IMG/VR virus record: IMGVR_UViG_3300007280_000474
DNA: 64,000 nucleotides
Strand: one strand, 5' to 3'
From: a virus
Taxonomy: Duplodnaviria > Caudoviricetes
Positions 10,119 to 19,184 of the stretch are shown here, in pieces (the stretch's first letter is position 1; each line of letters begins with the position of its first letter). The notes beneath the pieces were generated by a model. It was given only the letters and a program-made list of their open reading frames with translations. It ran no database searches and was not told the DNA's origin. The position numbers were made by a program, and so were the translations under genes.

Positions 10119-10781
10119 TTATACGACTTTTTTAGGTCTGCCGGGACCTTTCTTTGGCTTGAGCTCTGGGTTCAAACGATATGCTTCTGCTTTCTTTGCT
10201 TCTGCATCACGTAACAATGCTGCTGCATCGTCTTCCAAAATTCCTGCCTGTGCAAGTAAGTTGTTAGCAATTTGAGCTTCTTCAGCCTCAGATGCTACCT
10301 CTGGAATACTTACTGCTTCACTTGCTAGAGTTGGATCTGATTCAACATCGACAGGATTAACTGCTGGTGCTTCTGCAGACTCTCTAAGTGTTGCTGGATC
10401 TACTTCCGTGTTCAATGGTGGATTAGAAGCATTTTTAATTTTTCTAATCTCAGCATTTACATCTGCTAGTGAAACTGATGTAGACGGTGTAGGGGTCAGT
10501 GTAACTAAATCTACAGACACCTTTTCAATTCTACGATCGAAATGTAATGCTTGTAAAATGTTTTGCCCATCTGAGAACTGTCTACGATCTAGTACATCAG
10601 CAATGTCATTAGATTCTTGTGCTTCTGCACTCTGTACGACGTTCATTAAACCATCATGTTGAACATCAGGTAATGATTCTGTTTTTACAATTAAGGCATT
10701 CTCGGCTTCACCTGGTACTTCTCTATAAAGAATTACACAAGGCTTCTCACCAATTTTACCAACGTGTTTCATTGCTTCCAT
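10119..10781 (-). CDS. Hypothetical protein with C-terminal AT-hook-like KKGPGRPKK
   Basis: 220-aa ORF with SD GAGGAG. Confidence 0.7.
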   Translation of the reverse strand: MEAMKHVGKIGEKPCVILYREVPGEAENALIVKTESLPDVQHDGLMNVVQSAEAQESNDIADVLDRRQFSDGQNILQALHFDRRIEKVSVDLVTLTPTPSTSVSLADVNAEIRKIKNASNPPLNTEVDPATLRESAEAPAVNPVDVESDPTLASEAVSIPEVASEAEEAQIANNLLAQAGILEDDAAALLRDAEAKKAEAYRLNPELKPKKGPGRPKKVV

Positions 10782-10786
10782 GGTAA

Positions 10787-11083
10787 TTACTCCTCTGAAG
10801 CTGCTTCTTCTCCAGCCTCTTCTTGAGCTGCTTGCTGTTCTTGTACATAAGATAAGAACGCATTCAACTTGTCAAATACTGCACCAACTTGTGATAACTC
10901 AGCACCTCTAAATGCTCCACGTTGTGTTGCAAGGTCCACGATCTGTAATAGTGTTCCTAGGTCTGAAAGGTTTACACTCTCTGGTACTTGTTGCTCCCCG
11001 GCTTCTGCTGTAGCCTCAGGTGCTGTTGTTTCTTCTGCCATTTCTGGTTGCTCCTTTTTTGTTTTAGCATTTTGTTTTGCCAT
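10787..11083 (-). CDS. Hypothetical acidic phage protein
   Basis: 98-aa ORF with SD AGGAG. Confidence 0.7.
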   Translation of the reverse strand: MAKQNAKTKKEQPEMAEETTAPEATAEAGEQQVPESVNLSDLGTLLQIVDLATQRGAFRGAELSQVGAVFDKLNAFLSYVQEQQAAQEEAGEEAASEE

Positions 11084-11153
11084 TTTTAAACTCCTAAAAT
11101 GTTTATTATATTTAACTGATGTTTTAATGAAGGGGTGAAAATTATGGCGTATT

Positions 11154-11438
11154 TTACAAAGAACTGTTCAAAACCCTCTGAAAGTTCTCTAATTCAATAG
11201 GGCATTCAAAGTATACTGTGCCACTGTGGTATCCTTTGCGATAGTAGAACTGCTTTTTAACATTGATATCTAAATATTCTTGTATGTTAAGCATAAAGTC
11301 TACGCCGCTTTTTGTTTCTCTATCAGTTACACGAACACGTTGGGTGAGTAGTTTAACAAACAGTTCTGCTCCAGAACGTGCTAGTAACTCAAACTCCCAT
11401 TCAGTAAGTTGATTATTATTAGTTGGTACTAATTCCAT
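11154..11438 (-). CDS. Hypothetical protein
   Basis: Start re-assigned to MELVPT directly after the upstream stop. Confidence 0.55.
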   Translation of the reverse strand: MELVPTNNNQLTEWEFELLARSGAELFVKLLTQRVRVTDRETKSGVDFMLNIQEYLDINVKKQFYYRKGYHSGTVYFECPIELENFQRVLNSSL

Positions 11439-11439
11439 T

Positions 11440-12762
11440 TTAGTCCTCTCTGCTGTATGGTACTGTAATACCAAATGGTGAGGTTGGTGTTGATAAGCCT
11501 CTGCTACCGTGTACAATAAACAATGTATCACAGTAGTTCTCATCTCCCCAACTACCCCATGGGTATCCATCTGTGAACATGATGAACTTCTTAGGCACAA
11601 TGCCTTCGTCCTTCATGTAGTCAAAGCAACAATCAAACTCGGTACCGCCGCCACCTTCGATTTCGTAGTCCATAAACTCGTCCATGTTAGTGTCAGTGAA
11701 TACTTGAGGATTGTGTACTTCTGTATCAAAGCAGAATAAGTGTATCTTGAAGTTAGTGTACTGATCCATAACGCCTTTAACTTCGCTTAAGAAGTCAATT
11801 AGCATGTCGTCAAATATACTACCACTCACATCAAGTGCAATAGCAACATCGATAGTTGTGTCGTAGTCCATACCTGGCAACCAGTAACCACTGTCTGCAC
11901 CTTTACGGCTTTGTGTTCTAAAAGTGTAGTCGTTCTTGATCACACTTTGAATTTGCATAGCAAGTAGTGTTCTCCAATCCAACTGAGGATTGAGGATCTT
12001 GTCCAGCATACGTTTAACGCCACCTGGTAAGTTACCGGCGCCTGCTGCTTTTGCTGCTTGCACTGTAGCACTTTTAAATTCTTGCTTGGCCTTTTCCTTC
12101 TCATCAGCAGTCATTGGGATTGGACCTGCTTTACCATTTTCGCTGTCGTCAGCATCACCATCACCTGCAGGACCGCTACCAGCATCATCGCCATCTTCAC
12201 GTTCCATGTGAATGTCGAAAGATACTTTTTGTATACGACCTTCATCGTCCATTTCTTTGTATATTTCGTCATACACTGCTTCAGAGGTCATGTCCTGATA
12301 CTTGTAATCAAAACATACTTCAATAATCTCTTTACGAATTCGCTTGCCAATCTTAGCAAGTTCAAGTTCTAGATTGATAACGTAATCGTTCGCTACATTC
12401 CAAAGTTGATGTATACGGTCTCCACGTCTATCAGGATCCATATGGTCATATACGCAATGTAGAATCTCATGACCCATAAGCCAAATGCACTCATCTTCTG
12501 TAAGTGCGGCAGTGAAGTGTCTGTTGTAATAGAAATGCTTACCGTCTGTAGCGGCAGTAGGACACCATTCAGTAGCATCAATCAACTTCAAACGTGTAGC
12601 AAGAGCACCAAAGAACGGTGCATTCATAAGCATGTCTACACGAGCTTTGATAAGAATATCTTCTATTTCTACTGAAGTTTTAGTTGTTTGCGGTACATCA
12701 ATAACAGGCTTTGCGTCCTTGTTTACAGATGTCTCGTCTTTTGTTGCGAATGAGTTATCCAT
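11440..12762 (-). CDS. DUF2201-type putative metallopeptidase + VWA domain protein
   Basis: TAATDG, HEILH (HExxH), DVSGS MIDAS, GGGTEF, FTDG. Confidence 0.9.
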   Translation of the reverse strand: MDNSFATKDETSVNKDAKPVIDVPQTTKTSVEIEDILIKARVDMLMNAPFFGALATRLKLIDATEWCPTAATDGKHFYYNRHFTAALTEDECIWLMGHEILHCVYDHMDPDRRGDRIHQLWNVANDYVINLELELAKIGKRIRKEIIEVCFDYKYQDMTSEAVYDEIYKEMDDEGRIQKVSFDIHMEREDGDDAGSGPAGDGDADDSENGKAGPIPMTADEKEKAKQEFKSATVQAAKAAGAGNLPGGVKRMLDKILNPQLDWRTLLAMQIQSVIKNDYTFRTQSRKGADSGYWLPGMDYDTTIDVAIALDVSGSIFDDMLIDFLSEVKGVMDQYTNFKIHLFCFDTEVHNPQVFTDTNMDEFMDYEIEGGGGTEFDCCFDYMKDEGIVPKKFIMFTDGYPWGSWGDENYCDTLFIVHGSRGLSTPTSPFGITVPYSRED

Positions 12763-12793
12763 TTGTTACCTAATTTCCTACTTAATATTGTAT

Positions 12794-12854
12794 ATTATAC
12801 GCTCTTTTGTGGTGTAAGTCAAGTACATATTACTTATAAATTTCAATAACTTAC
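12794..12854 (-). promoter_or_regulatory. Early sigma70-type promoter with upstream GTAAGTTATTG element
   Basis: TTGACT-17-TATAAT; element 21 nt upstream of the -35. Confidence 0.85.
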
Positions 12855-12870
12855 ATGCCCTTAATAAGGT

Positions 12871-12943
12871 GGACCTCCCGTTAAGGAGGTCCGTTTGCCC
12901 TGTGCTAGGTAGGGAGTAACATAGGTAGGTGCACAAGGGCAAA
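12871..12943 (-). ncRNA. Candidate structured 3'-UTR RNA (two hairpins; anti-SD-like loop)
   Basis: Stem 12894-12905/12931-12943 with 25-nt loop ACCUACCUAUGUUACUCCCUACCUA; second hairpin GGACCTCC/GGAGGTCC at 12871-12892. Confidence 0.5.
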
Positions 12944-12948
12944 AACCG

Positions 12949-14058
12949 TTATACGATATACTTGAGGTACTTATCGTTGAAAGTAGTCTGTATATCTTTG
13001 TCCAACACCTTACGGAAGTTGAACACGATTTGGTAGTCTTTCATCAATGTCTTAAGAGCAAAGATGACCATTTCAGGTTCAAAGTTGTTGAATGCAAAAC
13101 GAATCATGTTGTTAAGCATTTTGCCGATATTGGTGTCTACCTCACCAACTTCTTTCCATACTTCGTTTAGTTCGTATGCAAGACCGACAGTCAAACTGTA
13201 TTTTGCAGATATCTCACTTGATACCTTCTTGTCCAGTTTAGTGACCTTACCATCAAGTACCTCGGTTGGATTAGGTAGGAACGCCGCAACCTTACGGTGC
13301 TCAGCAAACTTAATTGCCATACCTTCGCCAACTGCACCTGCAAGTTCAGCCATTTGTTCTTTTGCACTTGCATCCTCAAATTCTTCTACATTAAGAATCT
13401 CGCTCACAAAGTTCCATGAACGTGGTGAGGCAAATGCCTGTGAGTTAGACTTTGGATCAAAGTCAAACAAGTCCTGTTTAGCATAAGACAAGTAACCAAC
13501 AACATCAGGGTGAACATCGTTGTTCACAGCCCACTGAGCCCAATCCTCAAAATTGACCTCCATGTTAATGTGTCGGAACCTGTTAGCCAACGGTGCTGGC
13601 ATTCTGTATGTAACACCTCGGTCAGTGTCACGGTTACCAGCCGCTACAATCCTAACATTCTTAGGAAGGGTGTACTGTCCAATCTTACCGTTAAGAACTA
13701 ACTGGTAAGCCGCCGCCTGTACACTTGGAGGAGCAGAGTTAAGTTCATCCAAGAACAATACAATAGTATCGAACTCAGCAGCCTGCTCTGGCGTTGGAAG
13801 GTCCGCTGGGGGAGCCCATTCCATTTGATTAGTTTCCGGGTTACGGAAAGGATATCCACGCAAGTCTGTTGGCTCCATAAGAGCTAGACGCATATCAATC
13901 ATTAAGTTTTTACCAGGAAGAACATTGTATGTAATGTTCTCAATAAGTTCAGACTTACCTATGCCTGGAGCACCCCAAAGGAATATGGGACGTTTTGCTT
14001 TCATTGCTCGAACTACAATTGGTTGTACTTGAGCTGGACGTGTTGTTAATGTTTCCAT
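12949..14058 (-). CDS. MoxR-like AAA+ ATPase
   Basis: GAPGIGKS, DLRG, LFLDELN, AAGNR, LANRF, SPRSW. Confidence 0.92.
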   Translation of the reverse strand: METLTTRPAQVQPIVVRAMKAKRPIFLWGAPGIGKSELIENITYNVLPGKNLMIDMRLALMEPTDLRGYPFRNPETNQMEWAPPADLPTPEQAAEFDTIVLFLDELNSAPPSVQAAAYQLVLNGKIGQYTLPKNVRIVAAGNRDTDRGVTYRMPAPLANRFRHINMEVNFEDWAQWAVNNDVHPDVVGYLSYAKQDLFDFDPKSNSQAFASPRSWNFVSEILNVEEFEDASAKEQMAELAGAVGEGMAIKFAEHRKVAAFLPNPTEVLDGKVTKLDKKVSSEISAKYSLTVGLAYELNEVWKEVGEVDTNIGKMLNNMIRFAFNNFEPEMVIFALKTLMKDYQIVFNFRKVLDKDIQTTFNDKYLKYIV

Positions 14059-14093
14059 TGTTTACCTACCTATTTAATTTAACCTACCCTAGT

Positions 14094-14122
14094 ATTATAC
14101 TAAGAGTTCCTACCAAAGTCAA
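14094..14122 (-). promoter_or_regulatory. Early sigma70-type promoter for the AAA gene
   Basis: TTGACT-17-TATAAT. Confidence 0.8.
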
Positions 14123-14297
14123 CCGAAACTTTATACATTTTTTCAAAAATATGTATTGCTTCTTCACGACTCAACAGTTCTTCTTGATACGCACTACGCT
14201 CTTCACAGTTAAGTGTGTACCACTCATTAAAGTTGCTTTCGACTGAAATACCATCAATCCACTTGAATTCAAATTGTTCTGCCATCATAATCCCCAT
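14100..14297 (-). CDS. Hypothetical protein
   Basis: 65-aa ORF coupled to the upstream gene. Confidence 0.55.
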   Translation of the reverse strand: MGIMMAEQFEFKWIDGISVESNFNEWYTLNCEERSAYQEELLSREEAIHIFEKMYKVSVDFGRNS

Positions 14298-14806
14298 TAT
14301 TGAACAGAAACTCTAACTGGAATAAAAGTGTCCAATTGAGGCTCGTAGTTACGTTTGATCCAATAAGTATCTCCGTCCAATTCGACTAGGACATTGTACC
14401 CTGTGATCACAGTTTCAGTATAACGTTGCTGTACCATCTTGGTGACTTCTTTACAAGTTTCACCCTTCTTGTATGCAATGTTATTACCAACTTTGTTACC
14501 TAAGACACCACCGATAACTTTAGCTGCTTCGTTGCCGCTACCGCCACCAATTTTGTCACCAATTGCAGTACCAATTGCGGCACCTAACAGTCCTTCTGTG
14601 CTGCCAAAGATGCCATTAACACCTCTTTCAACATAGCCACTGCTATCACGTTGTGCTTGATACCCACATACCAACTGCTGAGTTGGCACATTCTCATACC
14701 TAACCTGCTCATGCAGAATAGGATTTACGTCTACGACATACGCATCAGCCGCCAAAGCAGGGCCACTGGCTGCAATAAGTCCTAGTGCAATTAAAGATTT
14801 CTTCAT
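14297..14806 (-). CDS. Secreted glycine-zipper 2TM protein (YcfJ-like)
   Basis: Signal peptide; GAAIGTAIGDKIGGGSG..AAKVIGGVLG. Confidence 0.8.
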   Translation of the reverse strand: MKKSLIALGLIAASGPALAADAYVVDVNPILHEQVRYENVPTQQLVCGYQAQRDSSGYVERGVNGIFGSTEGLLGAAIGTAIGDKIGGGSGNEAAKVIGGVLGNKVGNNIAYKKGETCKEVTKMVQQRYTETVITGYNVLVELDGDTYWIKRNYEPQLDTFIPVRVSVQ

Positions 14807-14837
14807 AAGTTACTCCGTTTTGTTACTTAATATGTAT

Positions 14838-14898
14838 ATTATACGGATATATTGGGGTAAAGTCAACCAAAAAACCGACTTAAAAATCAATAACTTAC
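14838..14898 (-). promoter_or_regulatory. Early sigma70-type promoter with upstream GTAAGTTATTG element
   Basis: TTGACT-17-TATAAT; element 21 nt upstream of the -35. Confidence 0.85.
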
Positions 14899-14899
14899 G

Positions 14900-15298
14900 T
14901 TACCTAGCAGTTAATCCTACTGTTGCTTCTGCTACTTTTTGCTCGTTATTGTACACTACACAGTCGTAAAAGACGTGCTTACGCCTACTGTAAGCCCTTG
15001 TAGCAACGTATTTGATAGTCTGGCCGGGTAACACTACCCTACGAAACTTAGCCTTGTCTACAGTGGTAATCATGGGTGTTGCGGGTATGGCTGAGTTAAC
15101 TTGGCTCATAGCATGCAATCCTGCTGTTTGACACATACCTTCGATTAAGTATACGCCGGGCCAAATAGCCATATGTGGGAAATGATCTTTTAGAATAGGG
15201 TGATCAGATTTTATTGTGTAGTATGCTTCTACGGTGTTTTCATCTAGTATGTCGTGTTGTTCTACTAATAGTATTGAACCAGTGTGTGGTAGTTTCAT
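14900..15298 (-). CDS. fabZ: 3-hydroxyacyl-ACP dehydratase FabZ-like (hotdog fold)
   Basis: LPH, DHFP..AIWPGVYLIEGMCQ, KFRRVVLPG, VAEA. Confidence 0.85.
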   Translation of the reverse strand: MKLPHTGSILLVEQHDILDENTVEAYYTIKSDHPILKDHFPHMAIWPGVYLIEGMCQTAGLHAMSQVNSAIPATPMITTVDKAKFRRVVLPGQTIKYVATRAYSRRKHVFYDCVVYNNEQKVAEATVGLTAR

Positions 15299-15693
15299 TA
15301 TAAGTTACCTGCAAAATATTTTAAATCGTGTCCGCCTAACTTAAACCATGCCGCATCATTATCATCATAAAACACTATCTTTTTCTTTGATAGGTAGTAC
15401 GGCCTAGTCATTGCTTTGTCTAACTTAATTAGTATAGAACCAACTAATGGCTCCTCTAAATTGAATTCGTGATGTGCAAACCACCTACGCATTAGACTGT
15501 TACCCACTGTTGTGAGTCTGAGTCCAATTGGCTTGTTTGGCATATTGGTAACACGAAAATTTTTGAATATGGCATGACATATATCAATAACTTCATCGTC
15601 GTTGAAATTGTTTTTGTATTTTGCTGAACGCTCTTTGATGTAACCCGCAATTTGAAATTGGATAGGACTATCCTTTGTGATTTCGAATTTCAT
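15298..15693 (-). CDS. Hypothetical protein
   Basis: Start re-assigned to MKFEITK. Confidence 0.55.
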   Translation of the reverse strand: MKFEITKDSPIQFQIAGYIKERSAKYKNNFNDDEVIDICHAIFKNFRVTNMPNKPIGLRLTTVGNSLMRRWFAHHEFNLEEPLVGSILIKLDKAMTRPYYLSKKKIVFYDDNDAAWFKLGGHDLKYFAGNL

Positions 15694-15979
15694 CCTCAGT
15701 AATTTCCTCGCCTTGTAACAATTTAATGACTTTAAAATCTTGTGTGTCAAATTGTTTATTGAGTCGTTCTGCAAGATTAAATGCATGTCCAGGGTTTGAA
15801 AAAGAAACTTTCTTGTATTTTGGTCCAGGATAACTAACAAGAGTATTTAAAATTCTAAGGTTTATAGGACTACCTTGGTAATAAACACTAAATATTGCTC
15901 CTGCACTTAGTACTTGTTCCGATTTGTATGTGTGTTTGTTTATGCTTTCTAACAGTATGTTAGGTTTTGGTCTACTCAT
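15668..15979 (-). CDS. Hypothetical phage protein
   Basis: MSRPKP...YPGPKYKKVSFSNPGHA; SD AGGAG; late promoter GATAAATA at 16003-16010. Confidence 0.7.
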   Translation of the reverse strand: MSRPKPNILLESINKHTYKSEQVLSAGAIFSVYYQGSPINLRILNTLVSYPGPKYKKVSFSNPGHAFNLAERLNKQFDTQDFKVIKLLQGEEITEDEIRNHKG

Positions 15980-16040
15980 TGTATGTGTCTCCTGTACACA
16001 TATATTTATCAATTTTCGCCATTAAAGCATACGTTAATAC

Positions 16041-16244
16041 CTACTTGCTATGTGGGGGTAATTTAGCCTCTACAAACAGTTCATGTTTCCTTTTTACTGG
16101 ATTATACTTCCTTAGTTTAAGTTTTTTGTTTTCTACTACTAATGACCTAGTCTTAACTGCTGTATAATGATAGGTGTGGTGGTCCCTAGTTTCTCCCTCT
16201 GGTATGAGGTAAACTATGGTTCTTCTCTTGTCTTTCTTTGCCAT
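16041..16244 (-). CDS. rpmG: 50S ribosomal protein bL33 (Zn-free type)
   Basis: MAKK..R..V.L...HY...K.....KLKLRKYNPVKRKHELFVE. Confidence 0.85.
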   Translation of the reverse strand: MAKKDKRRTIVYLIPEGETRDHHTYHYTAVKTRSLVVENKKLKLRKYNPVKRKHELFVEAKLPPHSK

Positions 16245-16250
16245 GTCTCT

Positions 16251-16697
16251 CTAGTTTGATGGAAAGCCTGCCTGTACAAACTCGCCAATTGTTTGAATAT
16301 CTTTCTCTGATAGCATACCTGCTTGTCCCCACATAAGAGCAGATTGTGGTCCAACCGTGCCTCCGTTTTTATATGTGGTAAGTTTCATGATAATATCACT
16401 TGAACTTTGTCCTGCTAACATTGGGCCTACTCCGCCTTGTCCTTGCTGTCCGTGACATGCGGCACAACCTGCCCACAAACTTCTAATACTGCTAAAATCA
16501 TCAGCCATTGCTAGTTCTCTTTTAGCCATTTCGATTTCTGCTGGAGTACCGTTAAGTGCTACATATTCCTCGTAGCATTCACCTGTGCAATTACTTACAC
16601 TTTTATACCCACTGTATGCTAGATTAGGGTAAATCATAAGTCCAAAAAATACTGCTATTGCCGCAGTGCCTGTTAGTGCTTTAAAAAGTTCGCTCAT
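16251..16697 (-). CDS. Membrane-anchored cytochrome c553/c4-like protein
   Basis: N-terminal TM helix, CAACHG haem motif, GPMLAGQ, distal Met in SALMWGQA. Confidence 0.85.
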   Translation of the reverse strand: MSELFKALTGTAAIAVFFGLMIYPNLAYSGYKSVSNCTGECYEEYVALNGTPAEIEMAKRELAMADDFSSIRSLWAGCAACHGQQGQGGVGPMLAGQSSSDIIMKLTTYKNGGTVGPQSALMWGQAGMLSEKDIQTIGEFVQAGFPSN

Positions 16698-16698
16698 A

Positions 16699-16929
16699 TT
16701 AATCCTTGCTGTCTACTAATGCTTTGAATTCTGTGTATCCACCAATCTTCTCACCGTCAACGATGATCTGTGGGAATGTTCTTGCACCTGGAAAAGTTTC
16801 CATTAGTGTTTCTCTATCAAAGTCTTCGTTTAACATTTTGTATGTTAAGTCGTAACCTTTCTGCTCTGCAAGCCTTTTAGCCATATCACAGTATGGACAT
16901 TGTGGTTTGCTGTAAATTTCTACTTTCAT
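16699..16929 (-). CDS. grx: Glutaredoxin
   Basis: CPYC, TFPQI, IGGY. Confidence 0.95.
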   Translation of the reverse strand: MKVEIYSKPQCPYCDMAKRLAEQKGYDLTYKMLNEDFDRETLMETFPGARTFPQIIVDGEKIGGYTEFKALVDSKD

Positions 16930-16951
16930 AATCTTCCTTATTTTTCAAATA

Positions 16952-17302
16952 CTATTTATTAATTACTCCGCCCAAACATAACTTTGTTAGGACCAAATCG
17001 TCTATGTGACTAAAGGTTAGTATTACGTCTTTACCATTACTGCTATCCCAATGCCAACCCCAACGACCGTAACAGTTGTCTTCGATCCATGCTTTGTCAG
17101 AACCGCTTAGAGTTTCTGAGTTAGTACGCCATTCGTAATCAAACTGTACATTGTACTCACCTTGATATGGTTTTGCGAACATCTCAAGTTGTATTGGCAT
17201 TATGTGCTTAATCGCCATCAGAGAACTTGCCTCCGTCTCCCACAATGTTTTGTTCTGCCTTGATCTGTTTCTTTGTTTCCAGTGTAGGATAAACTCTTTC
17301 AA
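16952..17302 (-). CDS. Hypothetical protein (start probably at MAIKH)
   Basis: ORF; its final codons AAT AAA TAG form a late promoter. Confidence 0.5.
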   Translation of the reverse strand: MKEFILHWKQRNRSRQNKTLWETEASSLMAIKHIMPIQLEMFAKPYQGEYNVQFDYEWRTNSETLSGSDKAWIEDNCYGRWGWHWDSSNGKDVILTFSHIDDLVLTKLCLGGVINK

Positions 17303-17399
17303 ACAAACGTACTAGAAACTTAACATCAAATGTTGCTTCAGTAATACCTTCGTTATCGAGGTTTCTAACGTGGTTAACAAACTTACTTAGTTCATCCAT
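17208..17399 (-). CDS. Hypothetical protein
   Basis: 63-aa ORF in operon. Confidence 0.5.
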   Translation of the reverse strand: MDELSKFVNHVRNLDNEGITEATFDVKFLVRLFERVYPTLETKKQIKAEQNIVGDGGKFSDGD

Positions 17400-17898
17400 T
17401 ACGTTGCTTGTTCAGGATACGCATACGTTGTTTGCATTCCATCCTAGTCTTAAATGGTCCTTCATAACCATAATGAAGTAATGTTGATAACTTAGGACCA
17501 TGTCCTTGTTTCCAACCTTTTTCAAAGTTAATACAATACCAGCCAGCGGCATAGTATACATCACTGCCTTCTGTTTTAAGATACAATGGTATATCTTCCC
17601 TGTAATTAGTATCATCTGATTCTACAGGTATTGGGTTTGGGTAATCAATTAAGTGTCCTTTAATAAAGAACTCTGTGTTTTCTTGATTAGACTTATCAAT
17701 TTGTTCCTCAAAAATAGAGATGTTACCAAAATGGTTACCTACTGCATCTTCATTATCAAACACCTCTATAGTTTGTCCGCTAATGAATGTAAATCTATCC
17801 TGTACATTTTTGTTGAGCAAACCAATACGTTTGTCTCCACGTTGTACAATCCACGCCTCGTCACTTATAGGTTGAAGTTTTGCTTTAGTATCGATCAT
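17392..17898 (-). CDS. Hypothetical phage protein
   Basis: 168-aa ORF; YYAAGWY..GPFKT. Confidence 0.7.
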   Translation of the reverse strand: MIDTKAKLQPISDEAWIVQRGDKRIGLLNKNVQDRFTFISGQTIEVFDNEDAVGNHFGNISIFEEQIDKSNQENTEFFIKGHLIDYPNPIPVESDDTNYREDIPLYLKTEGSDVYYAAGWYCINFEKGWKQGHGPKLSTLLHYGYEGPFKTRMECKQRMRILNKQRNG

Positions 17899-17900
17899 CT

Positions 17901-18110
17901 TTACCTCTTTTCGATTAGTTTAATATATTCTTCATCTAGTGTATCATTATCTGCAACTGCTTTACCATTGACATAAATTAACTGTCTAGGTCTAAACGTG
18001 CCCAGTCTACGATACACTGATTGGCCTTTGTCTGGTGACTCGTATATCCAAGTACCTTTCTTAGGCCATATGCCTCGAAGTATTTTCTCAGCCTTGTCGA
18101 GGGGGTGCAT
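17901..18110 (-). CDS. Hypothetical protein
   Basis: 69-aa ORF; IYESPDKG. Confidence 0.55.
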   Translation of the reverse strand: MHPLDKAEKILRGIWPKKGTWIYESPDKGQSVYRRLGTFRPRQLIYVNGKAVADNDTLDEEYIKLIEKR

Positions 18111-19083
18111 TTAAGAACTCCGAGTAGTCTTGAGGTGTTTCACTCATACGCATCAAGTTCCATTTAGCACAGAACTTCATGAAGTGAATACCAACTTGAC
18201 TCACTTGTTCTTTATCCACCGCCTCTGTGATTACACGTCTGCTCTCTTCTTTAATCTCATCAGGTTGCTGAGTAAGATCAATAAGGATTCTATTACGTTC
18301 GTAATCATCTTTAACTCTATGCTCTTCTTCGTTATGGTCTACCCAACGTTGTAGCATAAAGTTGTTATAGTTAAATCCGCCTGTGTTTCTGTCTTCAAAT
18401 GCTTCCAGCATGCCTGTTTTATTCTTACTGCCTTTCTTTCTAGCACCTGGATATGCACTGAATACATTATCACTAGTATCACCCCTAATACACTTTTCAA
18501 ACAATAACCACTCTGGGTTTGGTGCTTCTACAGGCTCTTTAGTCTTTTTATTAATAATTGGGTCGCCTGTCTTACCGCTAGTGATACCATCAATAGCAAC
18601 AATCTTATCTTGTACGCCATCGTACTGCTTAACGTTCTCAGCAATCAATTGATAGAAGTCACTGTCACTGCTGACAATAACGTGTTGATCTTCTGGATGT
18701 TGTTGTATCCAAGTAGCAATAAGGTCGTCTGCTTCTGCATTACCTTGTCTAACAACACTTGCATTAGTCTTACTACTTAAGAAGTCAATCATATCGTTGT
18801 ATGCTTCAAAGAACAGTTCATCATCTTCTTGTTCTTTTACACTACGTTGATCAGCAATCACTTTACGATTTGCTTTGTATGGGGGATAAAAATCTTTACG
18901 CCAAGAACGGCCTTCTAGACAGAATACAACATGAGTGCCGTCAAAGTCTCTCCATGCTTTCTTAACACTGTTAAACATGATGTGCATTGCCATGCCGATC
19001 TTCATGTCCATGTCGTTACCACGTGCTACATGCTTTGCACGGAAAAACATATTCATACTGTCTACTAGAATAAATGTTTGCAT
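18088..19083 (-). CDS. rnh: RNase H / 5'-3' exonuclease (T4 Rnh/FEN family)
   Basis: ILVDSMN, SWRK..YPPYKANR, EADD, SSDSDF, GDTSDNV. Confidence 0.92.
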   Translation of the reverse strand: MQTFILVDSMNMFFRAKHVARGNDMDMKIGMAMHIMFNSVKKAWRDFDGTHVVFCLEGRSWRKDFYPPYKANRKVIADQRSVKEQEDDELFFEAYNDMIDFLSSKTNASVVRQGNAEADDLIATWIQQHPEDQHVIVSSDSDFYQLIAENVKQYDGVQDKIVAIDGITSGKTGDPIINKKTKEPVEAPNPEWLLFEKCIRGDTSDNVFSAYPGARKKGSKNKTGMLEAFEDRNTGGFNYNNFMLQRWVDHNEEEHRVKDDYERNRILIDLTQQPDEIKEESRRVITEAVDKEQVSQVGIHFMKFCAKWNLMRMSETPQDYSEFLNAPPRQG

Positions 19084-19115
19084 ATCTGTGTCCGTTTTAT
19101 GTATATTAGTGTGTG

Positions 19116-19144
19116 ATTTTAGCATATCTATTTAACTGTGTCAA
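19116..19144 (-). promoter_or_regulatory. sigma70-type promoter for rnh
   Basis: TTGACA-17-TAAAAT. Confidence 0.7.
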
Positions 19145-19184
19145 TGTTCTTGTAAAATTAAAATACCTTATAATATGCGGTAAA

